From Flavobacteriaceae bacterium (GTDB lineage Bacteria; Bacteroidota; Bacteroidia; Flavobacteriales; Flavobacteriaceae), in contig JAURCF010000001.1 of NCBI GenBank assembly GCA_030828565.1, positions 1-52,860 on the forward strand: 52,860 nt of DNA, in the 5' to 3' direction. This document shows, one piece after another, positions 27,984 through 38,183 of this stretch. Position 1 is the first letter of the stretch. Every line of letters begins with the position of its first letter. The translations under genes and the position numbers were made by a program. Under the pieces are notes generated by a model. The model searched no databases and was not told the origin of the DNA. It saw only the letters and a program-made list of their open reading frames with translations.

Positions 27984-28879
27984 AGCTTAAAAAAATAGCA
28001 GCTATTGATATCGGTTCCAATGCGGTACGTCTGTTGATCTCAAACGTTGTTATCAATAAAGGGCAAAAGCCTACATTTACCAAAAATGCCTTGGTGCGAG
28101 TACCAATTCGATTGGGGCAAGATTCTTTTACGGTTGGTGAAATATCCAAGAAAAATCGGCAGCGAATGATTGATGCTATGAAAGCCTTTCGTTTGCTGCT
28201 CAAAATCCACAATGTGGAATTGTATATGGCATGTGGCACTTCGGCGCTTCGCGAGGCCAATAACAGTCAGCAGTTGGTTAATAAAATCCATAAAAAAACG
28301 GGCATTAAGATTGATATCATTGATGGTCGTAGAGAAGCTGAAATTATTGCTTCTTCCGAGTTGTATGACTTAATGAAACCAGACAAATCCTACTTGTATG
28401 TGGACGTTGGAGGTGGAAGTACCGAGTTGACCGTTTTTTCAAAAGGAACCATTTTGGCTTCCAAATCGTTTAAAATTGGAACGGTACGTTTGCTTAATAA
28501 AATGGTTTCGGATGATGTTTGGAATCAACTTCGTTTGTGGGTAAGCAAGCATACTCACGAATTGGAGAAAGTTGCTGTAGTTGGTTCAGGAGGAAACATT
28601 AATAAATTGTTTAAGTTGTCGGGGAAAAAATACGGAACCCCTTTGACTTATATCTACATGAACGACCAATATGAGTTGCTTAATAAGATGTCATACGCAG
28701 AAATGGTTTCGGACTTACGCCTTAACCCCGATCGTGCGGATGTGATTGTACCTGCTACACGGATATACTTGATGGCAATGAAATACAGTGGCGCATCGCA
28801 CATTCACGTTCCTAAAACGGGTTTGGCAGATGGAATGGTAAAACTGCTTTATAAAGAAAAGAGTTCCAAAAAATCATAA
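27980..28879 (+). CDS. ppx: exopolyphosphatase, short Ppx/GppA-family form (ASKHA domains only)
   Basis: IAAIDIGSNAVRLLI and YVDVGGGSTEL ASKHA phosphate motifs. 299 aa. The TTG start at 27980 overlaps the ppk TGA (27981-27983). Confidence 0.85.
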   Translation: MKLKKIAAIDIGSNAVRLLISNVVINKGQKPTFTKNALVRVPIRLGQDSFTVGEISKKNRQRMIDAMKAFRLLLKIHNVELYMACGTSALREANNSQQLVNKIHKKTGIKIDIIDGRREAEIIASSELYDLMKPDKSYLYVDVGGGSTELTVFSKGTILASKSFKIGTVRLLNKMVSDDVWNQLRLWVSKHTHELEKVAVVGSGGNINKLFKLSGKKYGTPLTYIYMNDQYELLNKMSYAEMVSDLRLNPDRADVIVPATRIYLMAMKYSGASHIHVPKTGLADGMVKLLYKEKSSKKS

Positions 28880-28884
28880 AATTG

Positions 28885-28907
28885 CCAATCGTTAGATTGG
28901 TATTTTT
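28885..28907 (+). terminator. short hairpin + T-run downstream of ppx (weak intrinsic-terminator candidate)
   Basis: CCAATC (28885-28890), GTTA loop, GATTGG (28895-28900), followed by TATTTTT. It sits in the 46-nt spacer between convergent ppx and the hydrolase gene. The stem is only 6 bp. Confidence 0.35.
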
Positions 28908-28925
28908 GTACACAGACCTACAAGA

Positions 28926-29753
28926 CTATAATTTCTCTATTTTTAATAAAATTTCCGCCAATTGTTGAGGTTGTGAAAAATTGGGCGTGTGGCTAGAAGC
29001 TAGACTGTAGGACTTCGCCACTTGATCTTTGTACATGGCTCTTTGAACTTCAATAGGAATGGCACGATCTTCTGTGCACTCGATGTAGTATTTGGGAATG
29101 CTGCCAAAATTGGCGTCGCTCACTTCCAGTTCATAAGACAATGGAGCAGCAGGTTCTGGAACAATATACGGTTTGGCACCATTAAAGACTTCTGCAGGAA
29201 TGTCGTGGGCAAAGGCATTTTGGAGTTCTTCTTCCTTGACCAACGCAAAGGTTTGGTCTTCTGACAAATAAAAATTTTCAACCGCCTTGGAGCCTTCTAC
29301 TCCTTGCACTGCTTTAAAGAAAGAGCCGCCATTGGGTAGTAAAAAGGCAGTAAGATAGACGAGTTTACTTACTTTTTTGGGTCGAAGCTCTGCCACCCGA
29401 CTGATGGTAATTCCGTTGAAACTATGCCCGACCAAAATTACGGGCTCGGTTTGTTTGTCGAGTAAGTTAGTAAGCGTTTTTACGTAGTCTTTCATAGTAA
29501 TTTCGGCAGGAGCAGTCTTGTCGCTTCCATGACCAGGTAAGTCGGGAGTAATGACCGTATGGCCGCTTTCGGTCAAAGTCTTGACGGTTTGTTCCCATTT
29601 CCAAGCTCCCAACCATGCCGAGTGAACCAACACAAAAGTTTGTTTGGTTTTTTGACTTTTTTTGTCGCATTTTTTTGTGGAACAAGTGCACCCAGCAACA
29701 ACAAATACTAGTGCAATGGCAAAAAGTAAGGGTATTTTAAACGGTGTTTTCAT
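28926..29753 (-). CDS. alpha/beta-hydrolase lipoprotein (esterase-like)
   Basis: Signal/lipobox VVAGCTCS, nucleophile elbow LVGHSFNG, C-terminal SSHTP histidine context. 275 aa. Confidence 0.7.
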   Translation of the reverse strand: MKTPFKIPLLFAIALVFVVAGCTCSTKKCDKKSQKTKQTFVLVHSAWLGAWKWEQTVKTLTESGHTVITPDLPGHGSDKTAPAEITMKDYVKTLTNLLDKQTEPVILVGHSFNGITISRVAELRPKKVSKLVYLTAFLLPNGGSFFKAVQGVEGSKAVENFYLSEDQTFALVKEEELQNAFAHDIPAEVFNGAKPYIVPEPAAPLSYELEVSDANFGSIPKYYIECTEDRAIPIEVQRAMYKDQVAKSYSLASSHTPNFSQPQQLAEILLKIEKL

Positions 29754-30069
29754 GATAGGTAAGATTTAGTGAATATTAAGATTTGTGCTACAATAATGAG
29801 CAGTATTATTAAGAGAAACGTGAAGTTGTGTAAAAAGGATACTGTAAAGAAAACAGTTTTGAAGTTTGAAGTTGTTCATTAGTAAAGAATCGATTAGGGG
29901 TCGTTTTACGATCTAAAATTAACAAAAATTCTAAAAAAATTCGATTAAATTTTTATTAATTTATTTTTTAAGATGTCAACAAACTTGGCTGTAGCATTGT
30001 TAATTACTTTGTCCGTTGAGCGTTTTATTTTTTTGGGTGATGTACTATCTTAGCAATCGCACAATTTTT

Positions 30070-31929
30070 ATGACCCAAGCAACTCAATATACCGAAGACA
30101 ATATCCGATCGCTTGATTGGAAGGAACATATCCGTATGCGCCCTGGAATGTATATTGGAAAGTTGGGTGACGGTTCTTCTTCTGACGACGGTATTTATAT
30201 TTTACTTAAAGAGGTTATTGACAACTGTATCGATGAATTTGTTATGGGAGCTGGTAAAACCATTGAGATTTCTATCAAGGATCAGCAAGTTAATGTTCGA
30301 GATTTTGGTCGAGGAATTCCTTTAGGCAAAGTAGTGGACGTGGTTTCCAAAATGAATACCGGTGGAAAATACGACTCGCGTGCTTTTAAGAAGTCGGTTG
30401 GATTGAATGGGGTAGGAACCAAGGCAGTTAACGCTTTATCTACTCAATTTAGAGTAGAATCTACTCGAGACGGTCAGTCCAAAATCGCTACTTTTGAGCG
30501 AGGTGTTTTGGTTGACGATGCACCTATAGAAACTTCATCGCGTCGCAAAGGAACCAAAGTGAGCTTTGTTCCTGACGAAAGTATTTTTAAAAATTTCAAG
30601 TACCGAAGTGAGTATGTGCAAAAAATGCTCATGAATTATGTGTACCTCAATCCGGGGTTGACCATTCTTTTTAATGGAGAAAAGTTTCATTCTGAAAATG
30701 GATTGCGCGATTTATTGGAAGATAATAACAATGTAGATGATTTATTATATCCAATCATACATTTGAAAGGAGATGACATAGAGGTAGCCTTAACGCATAG
30801 CAAAACACAATATAGCGAAGAATATCATTCGTTTGTAAACGGTCAGCATACGACTCAGGGAGGAACCCATCAGGCGGCTTTTCGGGAAGCTATTGTAAAA
30901 ACGATTCGTGATTTTTACGGCAAACAATACGATCCGTCAGATATTCGAAAGTCGATCATATCAGCGATTAGTATCAAAGTAATGGAGCCTGTATTTGAAT
31001 CTCAAACCAAAACCAAATTGGGCTCAACGGATATGGGGGGTGAGTTGCCAACAGTACGTTCATATATTTTTGAATTTGTGGGGAAGTACCTTGATAATTA
31101 TCTCCACAAGAATACAGAAACTGCAGACAAAATACAGCGTAAAATTTTACAAGCCGAACGCGAGCGCAAAGAATTGTCTGGAATTCGAAAACTAGCAAAA
31201 GAACGCGCTAAAAAATCGAGCTTACACAACAAGAAATTGAGGGATTGTCGCATTCATCTGGGCGATCAAAAAAAGGAACGCCATCTAGAATCTACACTCT
31301 TTATTACTGAGGGAGATTCGGCAAGTGGATCTATTACCAAATCAAGAGATGTTAATACTCAAGCGGTTTTTAGCCTGAAAGGAAAGCCCTTAAATTCCTA
31401 CGGACTTACTAAAAAAATTGTGTACGAAAACGAAGAATTCAATTTGCTTCAAGCGGCTCTCAATATAGAAGAAAGCATGGAAGATTTGCGCTACAATAAT
31501 ATTGTAATTGCAACCGATGCCGATGTTGACGGTATGCACATTCGTTTGTTGCTCATCACGTTCTTTTTGCAGTTTTTCCCTGAAGTTATTAAAGAAGGTC
31601 ATCTGTATATTTTACAAACACCTTTGTTTCGAGTTCGTAACAAAAAAGAAACGGTTTATTGTTATTCCGACCAGGAGCGTGTAGATGCAATTGAAAAATT
31701 AACCGGAAAACCTGAAATTACTCGATTTAAAGGTTTGGGGGAAATCTCACCGAATGAATTCAAACATTTTATAGGGGACAATATACGTTTAGACCCTGTG
31801 ATGCTTGATAAGAGTATGTTGATTGAAGATTTATTGTCGTTTTATATGGGAAAAAACACTCCCCAACGACAAGAATTTATTATTGACAACCTAAAAGTTG
31901 AACTCGACAGAATAGAATCAGAATCATGA
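30070..31929 (+). CDS. parE: DNA topoisomerase IV subunit B (type IIA ATPase subunit)
   Basis: GHKL motifs EVIDNCIDE and GLNGVG; Toprim [10 protein letters not shown] and [12 protein letters not shown] prefer the ATG at 30070 ([15 protein letters not shown]). It overlaps the ParC-type A-subunit gene (ATGA). Confidence 0.85.
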   Translation: MTQATQYTEDNIRSLDWKEHIRMRPGMYIGKLGDGSSSDDGIYILLKEVIDNCIDEFVMGAGKTIEISIKDQQVNVRDFGRGIPLGKVVDVVSKMNTGGKYDSRAFKKSVGLNGVGTKAVNALSTQFRVESTRDGQSKIATFERGVLVDDAPIETSSRRKGTKVSFVPDESIFKNFKYRSEYVQKMLMNYVYLNPGLTILFNGEKFHSENGLRDLLEDNNNVDDLLYPIIHLKGDDIEVALTHSKTQYSEEYHSFVNGQHTTQGGTHQAAFREAIVKTIRDFYGKQYDPSDIRKSIISAISIKVMEPVFESQTKTKLGSTDMGGELPTVRSYIFEFVGKYLDNYLHKNTETADKIQRKILQAERERKELSGIRKLAKERAKKSSLHNKKLRDCRIHLGDQKKERHLESTLFITEGDSASGSITKSRDVNTQAVFSLKGKPLNSYGLTKKIVYENEEFNLLQAALNIEESMEDLRYNNIVIATDADVDGMHIRLLLITFFLQFFPEVIKEGHLYILQTPLFRVRNKKETVYCYSDQERVDAIEKLTGKPEITRFKGLGEISPNEFKHFIGDNIRLDPVMLDKSMLIEDLLSFYMGKNTPQRQEFIIDNLKVELDRIESES

Positions 31930-34571
31930 GTGAGGAAATTCAAGACCAAGAATTCATGGACAATCACCAAGAAGATGCCTTGATTCGCGTAAGCGGAATG
32001 TACAAGGATTGGTTTTTGGATTATGCTTCCTATGTGATTTTGGAACGAGCGGTTCCAGCTATAGAAGACGGGTTTAAGCCGGTTCAGCGAAGAATTCTTC
32101 ATTCAATGAAGGATTTGGACGATGGAAGGTACAATAAGGTTGCCAATATAGTAGGTCATACCATGCAATACCATCCTCACGGTGATGCTAGTATTGGCGA
32201 TGCCATGGTTCAGATTGGACAGAAAGATTTGTTGATTGATACCCAAGGAAACTGGGGGAATATTTTAACAGGAGATCGAGCTGCTGCATCTCGTTATATA
32301 GAGGCTCGTCTATCCAAATTTGCTTCGGAAGTTGTTTTTAGTCCAAAAATTACGGATTGGCAGCTTTCGTATGATGGGCGAAAAAAAGAACCCATCAATT
32401 TGCCTGTAAAGTTTCCCTTGCTATTGAATCAGGGAGCTGAAGGAATTGCGGTAGGTTTGTCAACCAAAATATTGCCGCACAACTTTATTGAGCTCATCAA
32501 TGCTTCTGTTAATCATCTGAAAGGAAAACGCTTTACCATCTATCCGGACTTTCCGACTGCTGGAATTATTGACGTTTCCAACTACAACGATGGAATGCGT
32601 GGTGGCAAAGTACGTGTTCGCGCCAAAATTTCTCAACAAGATAAAAATACACTAGTAATCAATCAAATTCCTTATTCTACGAATACATCTTCATTGATAG
32701 ATTCTATTTTAAAAGCAAATGAAAAAGGGAAAATTAAAATCAAGCGAATTGAAGACAATACAGCTGCTGATGTAGAAATATTAGTACACTTGCCTTCTGG
32801 AATTTCACCCGACAAAACCATAGATGCACTCTATGCATTTACAGCTTGCGAGTCTTCTATATCGCCTTTGGGTTGTGTCATTGAAGACAATAAACCCTTG
32901 TTTGTGGGCGTTTCCGAAATGCTAAGACGCTCCACAGATCATACGGTTGAATTGCTTACCAAAGAGTTGGAAAATCAATTGCAGGAGCTGGAAAATCAAT
33001 GGCATTTTTCTTCTTTGGAGCGAATTTTTATTGAAAACAGAATTTATCGAGATATTGAAGAGGTGGCTACTTGGGAAGGTGTTATTGAGGCAATTCGAAA
33101 GGGGTTGAAACCTTTTACTTCAATGCTCAAACGCGCAGTTACAGAAGAAGATATCGTTCGATTGACGGAAATTCGAATCAAGCGAATTTCTAAATTTGAC
33201 ATTGATAAAGCACAGCAAAAAATTGAAGCTCTTGAAGATGAAATAGAGAAAGTCAAGTATTCGTTAGCAAACATTATTGAGTTTGCGATTGAATATTTTA
33301 CAAAACTCAAAAACGATTATGGAAAAGGACGCGAACGCAAAACAGAAATCAAGACTTTTGATGATGTTGATGCTCGAAAAGTAGTTATTAGAAACACCAA
33401 GCTTTATGTCAATCGCGAAGAAGGATTTGTAGGAACTTCGCTTCGTAAAGATGAATACGTTGCGGATTGTTCGGATATTGATGATATCATTGTTTTTACT
33501 GAAGATGGTAAAATGATAGTAACCAAAGTGGATACCAAAACCTTTGTAGGAAAAAACATTCTCCACTTGGCGGTATTCAAGAAAAAAGACTCGCGAACGA
33601 TCTACAACATGATTTATCAAGACGGAAAGTCAGGAACTTCCTATATAAAACGTTTTGCGGTAACAGGAGTAACTCGCGACAAGGAGTACATACTGACGCA
33701 AGGAACTTCAGGGTCCAAAGTGTTGTATTTTTCCGCCAACCCTAACGGTGAAGCTGAAATTGTTTCCATTGTTTTACGACAATCCGGTTCGATTAAAAAA
33801 TTAAAATGGGATTTGGATTTCGCCGACTTGGAAATCAAAGGTCGTGGAGTTAAGGGAAATATTGTCACCAAATACAGAGTGAATCGCATAGAACTGAAAG
33901 AAGAAGGTGTTTCTACTTTAAAACCGCGTAAAATATGGTTTGACGAATCTGTACAACGATTGAATGTTGACGGAAGAGGCACTTTAGTGGGTGCTTTTCG
34001 AGGAGATGATAAATTGCTAATTGTTCAACAAAACGGAATGTTAAAAACGGTTACTCCAGACTTAAGTATGCATTTTCCGGAGGATATGATTGTTTTGGAA
34101 CAATGGGAACCTAAAAAACCAATCTCAGCAATCTATTTTGATGGCGAAAAAGAACGCTATTATGTCAAACGTTTTGTGGTAGAAAACCCTAACAAAGAAG
34201 AGTTAATTATTAAAGATCATTCTTCAGCTCGTTTGGAACTGATTTCAACAGATTGGAAACCGCAAGTTGAATTGGAGTTTGTTAAGCCTAGAGGTAAAGA
34301 AACACGACCCAATCAGCAAATTGTCTTGGAAGAATTCATTGATATTAAAGGAATAAAAGCCTTAGGAAATCAGCTTACCCAACACAAAGTAAAGGCAATC
34401 AATCATTTAGAACCCATTCCGTACGAACCTCCTGCTCAAATAGCGACTACAGATATTGAAGTTCATTCTGAAGAAGTGGAAGTGGAACAACAATCCCCAT
34501 CCAAAAATTCATCCTCAACGAGTTCCAACAATTCTTCGGGTGGTGAAGGTCAAATTAGTATGGAGCTTTAG
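31926..34571 (+). CDS. parC: DNA topoisomerase IV subunit A
   Basis: ParC-like [12 protein letters not shown] (GyrA usually has KPVHRR) and catalytic Tyr context [11 protein letters not shown]. 881 aa with an acidic, Ser-rich C-terminal tail. Confidence 0.85.
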   Translation: MSEEIQDQEFMDNHQEDALIRVSGMYKDWFLDYASYVILERAVPAIEDGFKPVQRRILHSMKDLDDGRYNKVANIVGHTMQYHPHGDASIGDAMVQIGQKDLLIDTQGNWGNILTGDRAAASRYIEARLSKFASEVVFSPKITDWQLSYDGRKKEPINLPVKFPLLLNQGAEGIAVGLSTKILPHNFIELINASVNHLKGKRFTIYPDFPTAGIIDVSNYNDGMRGGKVRVRAKISQQDKNTLVINQIPYSTNTSSLIDSILKANEKGKIKIKRIEDNTAADVEILVHLPSGISPDKTIDALYAFTACESSISPLGCVIEDNKPLFVGVSEMLRRSTDHTVELLTKELENQLQELENQWHFSSLERIFIENRIYRDIEEVATWEGVIEAIRKGLKPFTSMLKRAVTEEDIVRLTEIRIKRISKFDIDKAQQKIEALEDEIEKVKYSLANIIEFAIEYFTKLKNDYGKGRERKTEIKTFDDVDARKVVIRNTKLYVNREEGFVGTSLRKDEYVADCSDIDDIIVFTEDGKMIVTKVDTKTFVGKNILHLAVFKKKDSRTIYNMIYQDGKSGTSYIKRFAVTGVTRDKEYILTQGTSGSKVLYFSANPNGEAEIVSIVLRQSGSIKKLKWDLDFADLEIKGRGVKGNIVTKYRVNRIELKEEGVSTLKPRKIWFDESVQRLNVDGRGTLVGAFRGDDKLLIVQQNGMLKTVTPDLSMHFPEDMIVLEQWEPKKPISAIYFDGEKERYYVKRFVVENPNKEELIIKDHSSARLELISTDWKPQVELEFVKPRGKETRPNQQIVLEEFIDIKGIKALGNQLTQHKVKAINHLEPIPYEPPAQIATTDIEVHSEEVEVEQQSPSKNSSSTSSNNSSGGEGQISMEL

Positions 34572-35338
34572 GCGTTCTTTTTTCGTCTCATATTGAGAAA
34601 CTCTACAAACAAAGAAAAAGAAATCGCAAAATACAAATAACCCTTAGGAATTGCCCCTATGTGTTGACCAAATACAACGGCATTTGATAAATGAGCGGCT
34701 TCTGCTAATAACATGAATCCAATTAGAATTAAAAAAGAAAGTCCTAATATTTGCAGCGAGGGATGCTCATTGACAAAGTTTCCGACTGGTTTGGCAAATA
34801 ACATCATAATAATTACCGACAAAACAATAGCAATGGCCATAATGATAAACGCATTGGGAATTCCGTTGGTCATTCCTACTGCAGTAAGAATGGAATCAAA
34901 TGAAAATACAATGTTGATCACGGTAATTTGAAGAATGGCTTGGGATAATGATTTTTTACGCTGTTTGGATAGTTGGCTTTCATGTTCTCCTGTGTGTTCT
35001 GTTTTTTCATTAATTTCCTTGGTACTTTTATAAATAAGAAACAATCCTCCTAAAAACAAAATAACGGCTTGCCCAGAAATACTGGCTTGAATCCAAGATG
35101 TGTCAAATACCAACCAAGGCGATTGCATTGCTATCAAATACGAAATACCAAATAACAGAACGAGTCGAAGAATCATGGCTAGCGCCAACCCAATGTTCGT
35201 GGCTTTCTTGACTAGATGCTGGGGAAGTTTCCCTGCAGCTATGGTAATAAATATAATATTATCAATCCCTAGAATGATTTCTAGAAACGTAAGGGTTAAA
35301 AGGGCTGATATAGCTTCTGAACTAAATAATACATCCAT
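34568..35338 (-). CDS. TerC-family integral membrane protein
   Basis: 256 aa, about 7 TM helices, TerC-type repeated motif (LEIILGIDNIIFI ... NIVFSFDSILTAVG). Confidence 0.85.
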   Translation of the reverse strand: MDVLFSSEAISALLTLTFLEIILGIDNIIFITIAAGKLPQHLVKKATNIGLALAMILRLVLLFGISYLIAMQSPWLVFDTSWIQASISGQAVILFLGGLFLIYKSTKEINEKTEHTGEHESQLSKQRKKSLSQAILQITVINIVFSFDSILTAVGMTNGIPNAFIIMAIAIVLSVIIMMLFAKPVGNFVNEHPSLQILGLSFLILIGFMLLAEAAHLSNAVVFGQHIGAIPKGYLYFAISFSLFVEFLNMRRKKNA

Positions 35339-35715
35339 TAATCACTAATTTTAACGGCTTCACCCCGTTGTTTGTTTTTGGTGTCACCCACCAACGAATA
35401 TTCAAAAGTATATCGATTTTGGTTAGTGCTGAGAATTTTCATTTGAATTGCTTTTTTATCAATCAGGGATTGAGGATTGAGTTTTTGAACAATACACTCA
35501 CAATCGCTAACCCATCTAACAGAGGCACTATCGGTTACTCCTTTAAAAGTGTCAATTTCCAATGTCTTTGTTCTTTTAAAAGTAGAGGTAATTGTGTCAT
35601 TTCCAATTATGGAAGTGAATTCAAAACTCCCTGTTTGAAATTTTTTACAGTCTCTTTCAGGTAAAGAACAACTAATACCCCCTATAAACAGAAGTGAGAA
35701 AACAAAAATTCGCAT
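35338..35715 (-). CDS. small hypothetical lipoprotein
   Basis: Signal peptide + lipobox-like GGISCS. 125 aa with four further Cys. The stop overlaps the TerC start (TAATG), and the start lies 1 nt after the HTH gene stop. Confidence 0.5.
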   Translation of the reverse strand: MRIFVFSLLFIGGISCSLPERDCKKFQTGSFEFTSIIGNDTITSTFKRTKTLEIDTFKGVTDSASVRWVSDCECIVQKLNPQSLIDKKAIQMKILSTNQNRYTFEYSLVGDTKNKQRGEAVKISD

Positions 35716-35716
35716 A

Positions 35717-36124
35717 TTACTTTTTATGCAAATTTAAAGAATTTTGTTCTTTAAAATACTGAAAAGTTCCATCGCTTCGCAATATAAGTACTTGATCAAT
35801 CTCAGCAGCTGGAGCAGTTGGGCTTATAATTGGATGTTCTTCTTTGGCTACTGTCGATGTTTTTTTTGAAATTTCGGGTACAGAAGCAGATGGAGTAGGA
35901 GTTGCATTAGTTTCAATATCTCCTTGTCCGTGAAGCAGCCAATCCGAAGACAAAGTAGGGAACGCTTTTAAAGTCTTTAAAACAAAATCCAAACTGGGTT
36001 TGTTCCTTCCTGATAATATATGTGAAATACTGGAGCGTTGCACACCAATTTGGTCTGCAAAGGAAGCGCTGGAAAGTTGATAAAAAGCTATCAACTCATG
36101 AATACGTAGGGCTATTTGTTTCAT
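35717..36124 (-). CDS. XRE-type helix-turn-helix DNA-binding protein
   Basis: N-terminal FADQIGVQRSSISHILSGRNKPSLDF is a classic HTH_XRE pattern. A Pro/Thr/Ser linker follows, then a short C-terminal segment (VLILRSDGTFQYF). Confidence 0.75.
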   Translation of the reverse strand: MKQIALRIHELIAFYQLSSASFADQIGVQRSSISHILSGRNKPSLDFVLKTLKAFPTLSSDWLLHGQGDIETNATPTPSASVPEISKKTSTVAKEEHPIISPTAPAAEIDQVLILRSDGTFQYFKEQNSLNLHKK

Positions 36125-36407
36125 GTTTACAAATGTAACTATTTTAAGTCGAAACTCAACACAAACATAGGTTTTTCAGTTTATACTTGCAAATAACGGC
36201 ACAAATTGAGCAATAATTTATTAAACTAAATTATAGATAATAAAAAATAAACTGCTGATTAACAATGTTTTTGTATATATTTATAAAAATTATATTGACT
36301 TTTGTAAACCCAACCGTGCATTTGGAAGTGTAAACGTTGTTATTTGTTTACATTGTTAAATTATAAGATGTTTACAAATGTAAATATTACATTGTTTACT
36401 TTTGTAA
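36123..36407. promoter_or_regulatory. divergent control region with an array of TGTAAAC/GTTTACA half-sites (candidate operators and/or -7 promoter boxes)
   Basis: The exact 16-nt repeat ATGTTTACAAATGTAA occurs at 36123-36138 and 36368-36383. There is an inverted pair TGTAAAC (36329-36335) N10 GTTTACA (36346-36352). Extra half-sites lie at 36303-36309 and 36394-36399. TACTTTTG (36397-36404) fits the Bacteroidota -7 consensus TAnnTTTG. Confidence 0.5.
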
Positions 36408-36423
36408 TCTTAAATTAATAATT

Positions 36424-37554
36424 TTGAGTGAATATCCCTTTATGTTAAACTATCCCGAATACGCGGTGACTTCCCTGTCCGGAAGATACCTGCCTTATGA
36501 TGCTATTAAAATACTCACTTCAAAGTATGCTGCCAAAAAGGTTGGAGTAAGTGTTTTGGGAACTCCTATTGAACTCATTGAGTTGGGAAACGGTAAAACA
36601 AAGGTGCTTATGTGGTCGCAAATGCACGGAAATGAATCCACAACGACCAAAGCAGTGTTTGATATGCTTTCTTATTTGACTCGTTCAGACGTTCAGAGTG
36701 CCATTTTAGCGCATTGTACCTTGTATATCATCCCTATACTCAATCCAGACGGTTCGGTTGCTTATACGCGCTTTAATGCAAACGAAGTTGACTTAAATCG
36801 GGATGCTGTTGCATTGAGTCAGCCTGAAAGCAGGGTCTTGAGGGATGTTTTTGATCAAATTCAACCCGATTTTTGCTTCAACCTTCATGATCAGCGAACA
36901 ATTTTTGGCGCTGGAAATTCTGGAAAACCCGCAACGGTGTCTTTTTTAGCTCCAGCGGCTGATCCTCAAGCCTCAATAACTCCCTCAAGGAAAATAGCTA
37001 TGGGATTGATCGCCTCTATGAATGAAGTCTTACAACTTCATATTCCCGGTCAAGTGGGTCGTTTTGATGACAGTTATAACGCCAATTGTGTGGGAGATAC
37101 GTTTCAATCCCTTGGAGTTCCTACCATTTTGTTTGAATCAGGACACTATCCGGGTGACTTTCAGCGAGAACAAACTCGACGCTTGATATGCACTTCCCTT
37201 TTGGTTGCTCTCACAAAAATCGCTTCCTCGGACTATGAATTGCCTGAAAAACAATACTTTACTATTCCTGAAAACCAACAAAACTTTGTGGATTTAATTG
37301 TCACCAATATCCCCATAATTACTAACGACCGTAAAGCCAGAAAAGATATCGCAATTCAATACCAAGAAACGCTTGATAACGGAAGAATAGTTTGGGTGCC
37401 GAAATACCACGCTATTGGTGATCTTTCTTCTTGTTTTGCGCATACCAGATTGGATTTTAACACTCTTAAAGGAATGGATGATTACGAATTAGTTTATAAT
37501 TTAAACACTACAGCTCCTGATTGTTTTAATTTTAACATTTTAAGGCAAAATTAA
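36424..37554 (+). CDS. M14-family zinc carboxypeptidase-like protein, no signal peptide
   Basis: Zn-binding HxxE in WSQMHGNEST, plus ILNPDG, VDLNRD and a later NLHDQ histidine. The start is ambiguous (TTG 36424 or ATG 36442). Confidence 0.7.
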   Translation: MSEYPFMLNYPEYAVTSLSGRYLPYDAIKILTSKYAAKKVGVSVLGTPIELIELGNGKTKVLMWSQMHGNESTTTKAVFDMLSYLTRSDVQSAILAHCTLYIIPILNPDGSVAYTRFNANEVDLNRDAVALSQPESRVLRDVFDQIQPDFCFNLHDQRTIFGAGNSGKPATVSFLAPAADPQASITPSRKIAMGLIASMNEVLQLHIPGQVGRFDDSYNANCVGDTFQSLGVPTILFESGHYPGDFQREQTRRLICTSLLVALTKIASSDYELPEKQYFTIPENQQNFVDLIVTNIPIITNDRKARKDIAIQYQETLDNGRIVWVPKYHAIGDLSSCFAHTRLDFNTLKGMDDYELVYNLNTTAPDCFNFNILRQN

Positions 37555-37648
37555 CATTTCACCTTTTTTTTTTACTTAAAATTTACATTTTGCTGCATTA
37601 TTATTAGTTTATTTTTGTTTTCTTTGCAAAATAATTAAATAACTAAAA

Positions 37649-38128
37649 ATGGGGAAATTCAAATTAGATGAAATCGATCATCAAATTCTTGATATTTTAA
37701 TCGATAATACAAGAACTGCTTTTACAGACATTGCTAAGAAATTACTAATTTCAGCTGGAACAGTTCATGTTCGTGTAAAAAAAATGGAGGATGCAGGTAT
37801 CATCAAAGGGTCATCATTGACTTTGGACTATAAGAAATTAGGTTACACTTTTATTGCTTACGTAGGTATTTACCTCGAAAAAACACATCAAACCAAGTTT
37901 GTTTTGGAGCGACTCAATGACATTCCATTTGTTACCGTGGGGCATATTACTACGGGAAAATTCAATATTTTTTGTAAAATTCGTGCGAAAAGTACTGAAA
38001 ATGCTAAAGAAATAATTTTTTCAATTGACGATATAGATGGCGTTTCCAGAACAGAAACTATGATTTCTCTTGAAGAAAGTATCAATGACAAAAAACGCTT
38101 AATGCACCATATTTTCTCTGAAATTTAA
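37649..38128 (+). CDS. Lrp/AsnC-family transcriptional regulator
   Basis: LDEIDHQILDILIDNTRTAFTDIAKKLLISAGTVHVRVKKME (HTH_AsnC) plus a C-terminal RAM-like domain. 159 aa. Confidence 0.9.
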   Translation: MGKFKLDEIDHQILDILIDNTRTAFTDIAKKLLISAGTVHVRVKKMEDAGIIKGSSLTLDYKKLGYTFIAYVGIYLEKTHQTKFVLERLNDIPFVTVGHITTGKFNIFCKIRAKSTENAKEIIFSIDDIDGVSRTETMISLEESINDKKRLMHHIFSEI

Positions 38129-38183
38129 TTTTTAAATTTATTTATGCTTACCCTCTAATGCGGTTGGGCTTCAATTATTATAT

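Noticed and set aside
29754-30069. 316-bp AT-rich ORF-poor spacer upstream of parE (contains TTTGAAG x2 at 29858-29871 and two chance ORFs of about 26-28 codons)
   Set aside because: I could find no stable stem-loops, tRNA-like arms or longer repeats. It is most simply a divergent promoter region, and a covariance-model scan would be needed to say more.
25845-30069. N-terminal extensions from alternative (TTG) starts in the track for ppk1 (25845) and parE (30016); likewise fumC (11382)
   Set aside because: The extensions are non-conserved-looking and hydrophobic or basic. In-frame ATGs (25875, 30070, 11361) give N-termini that match the canonical family starts.
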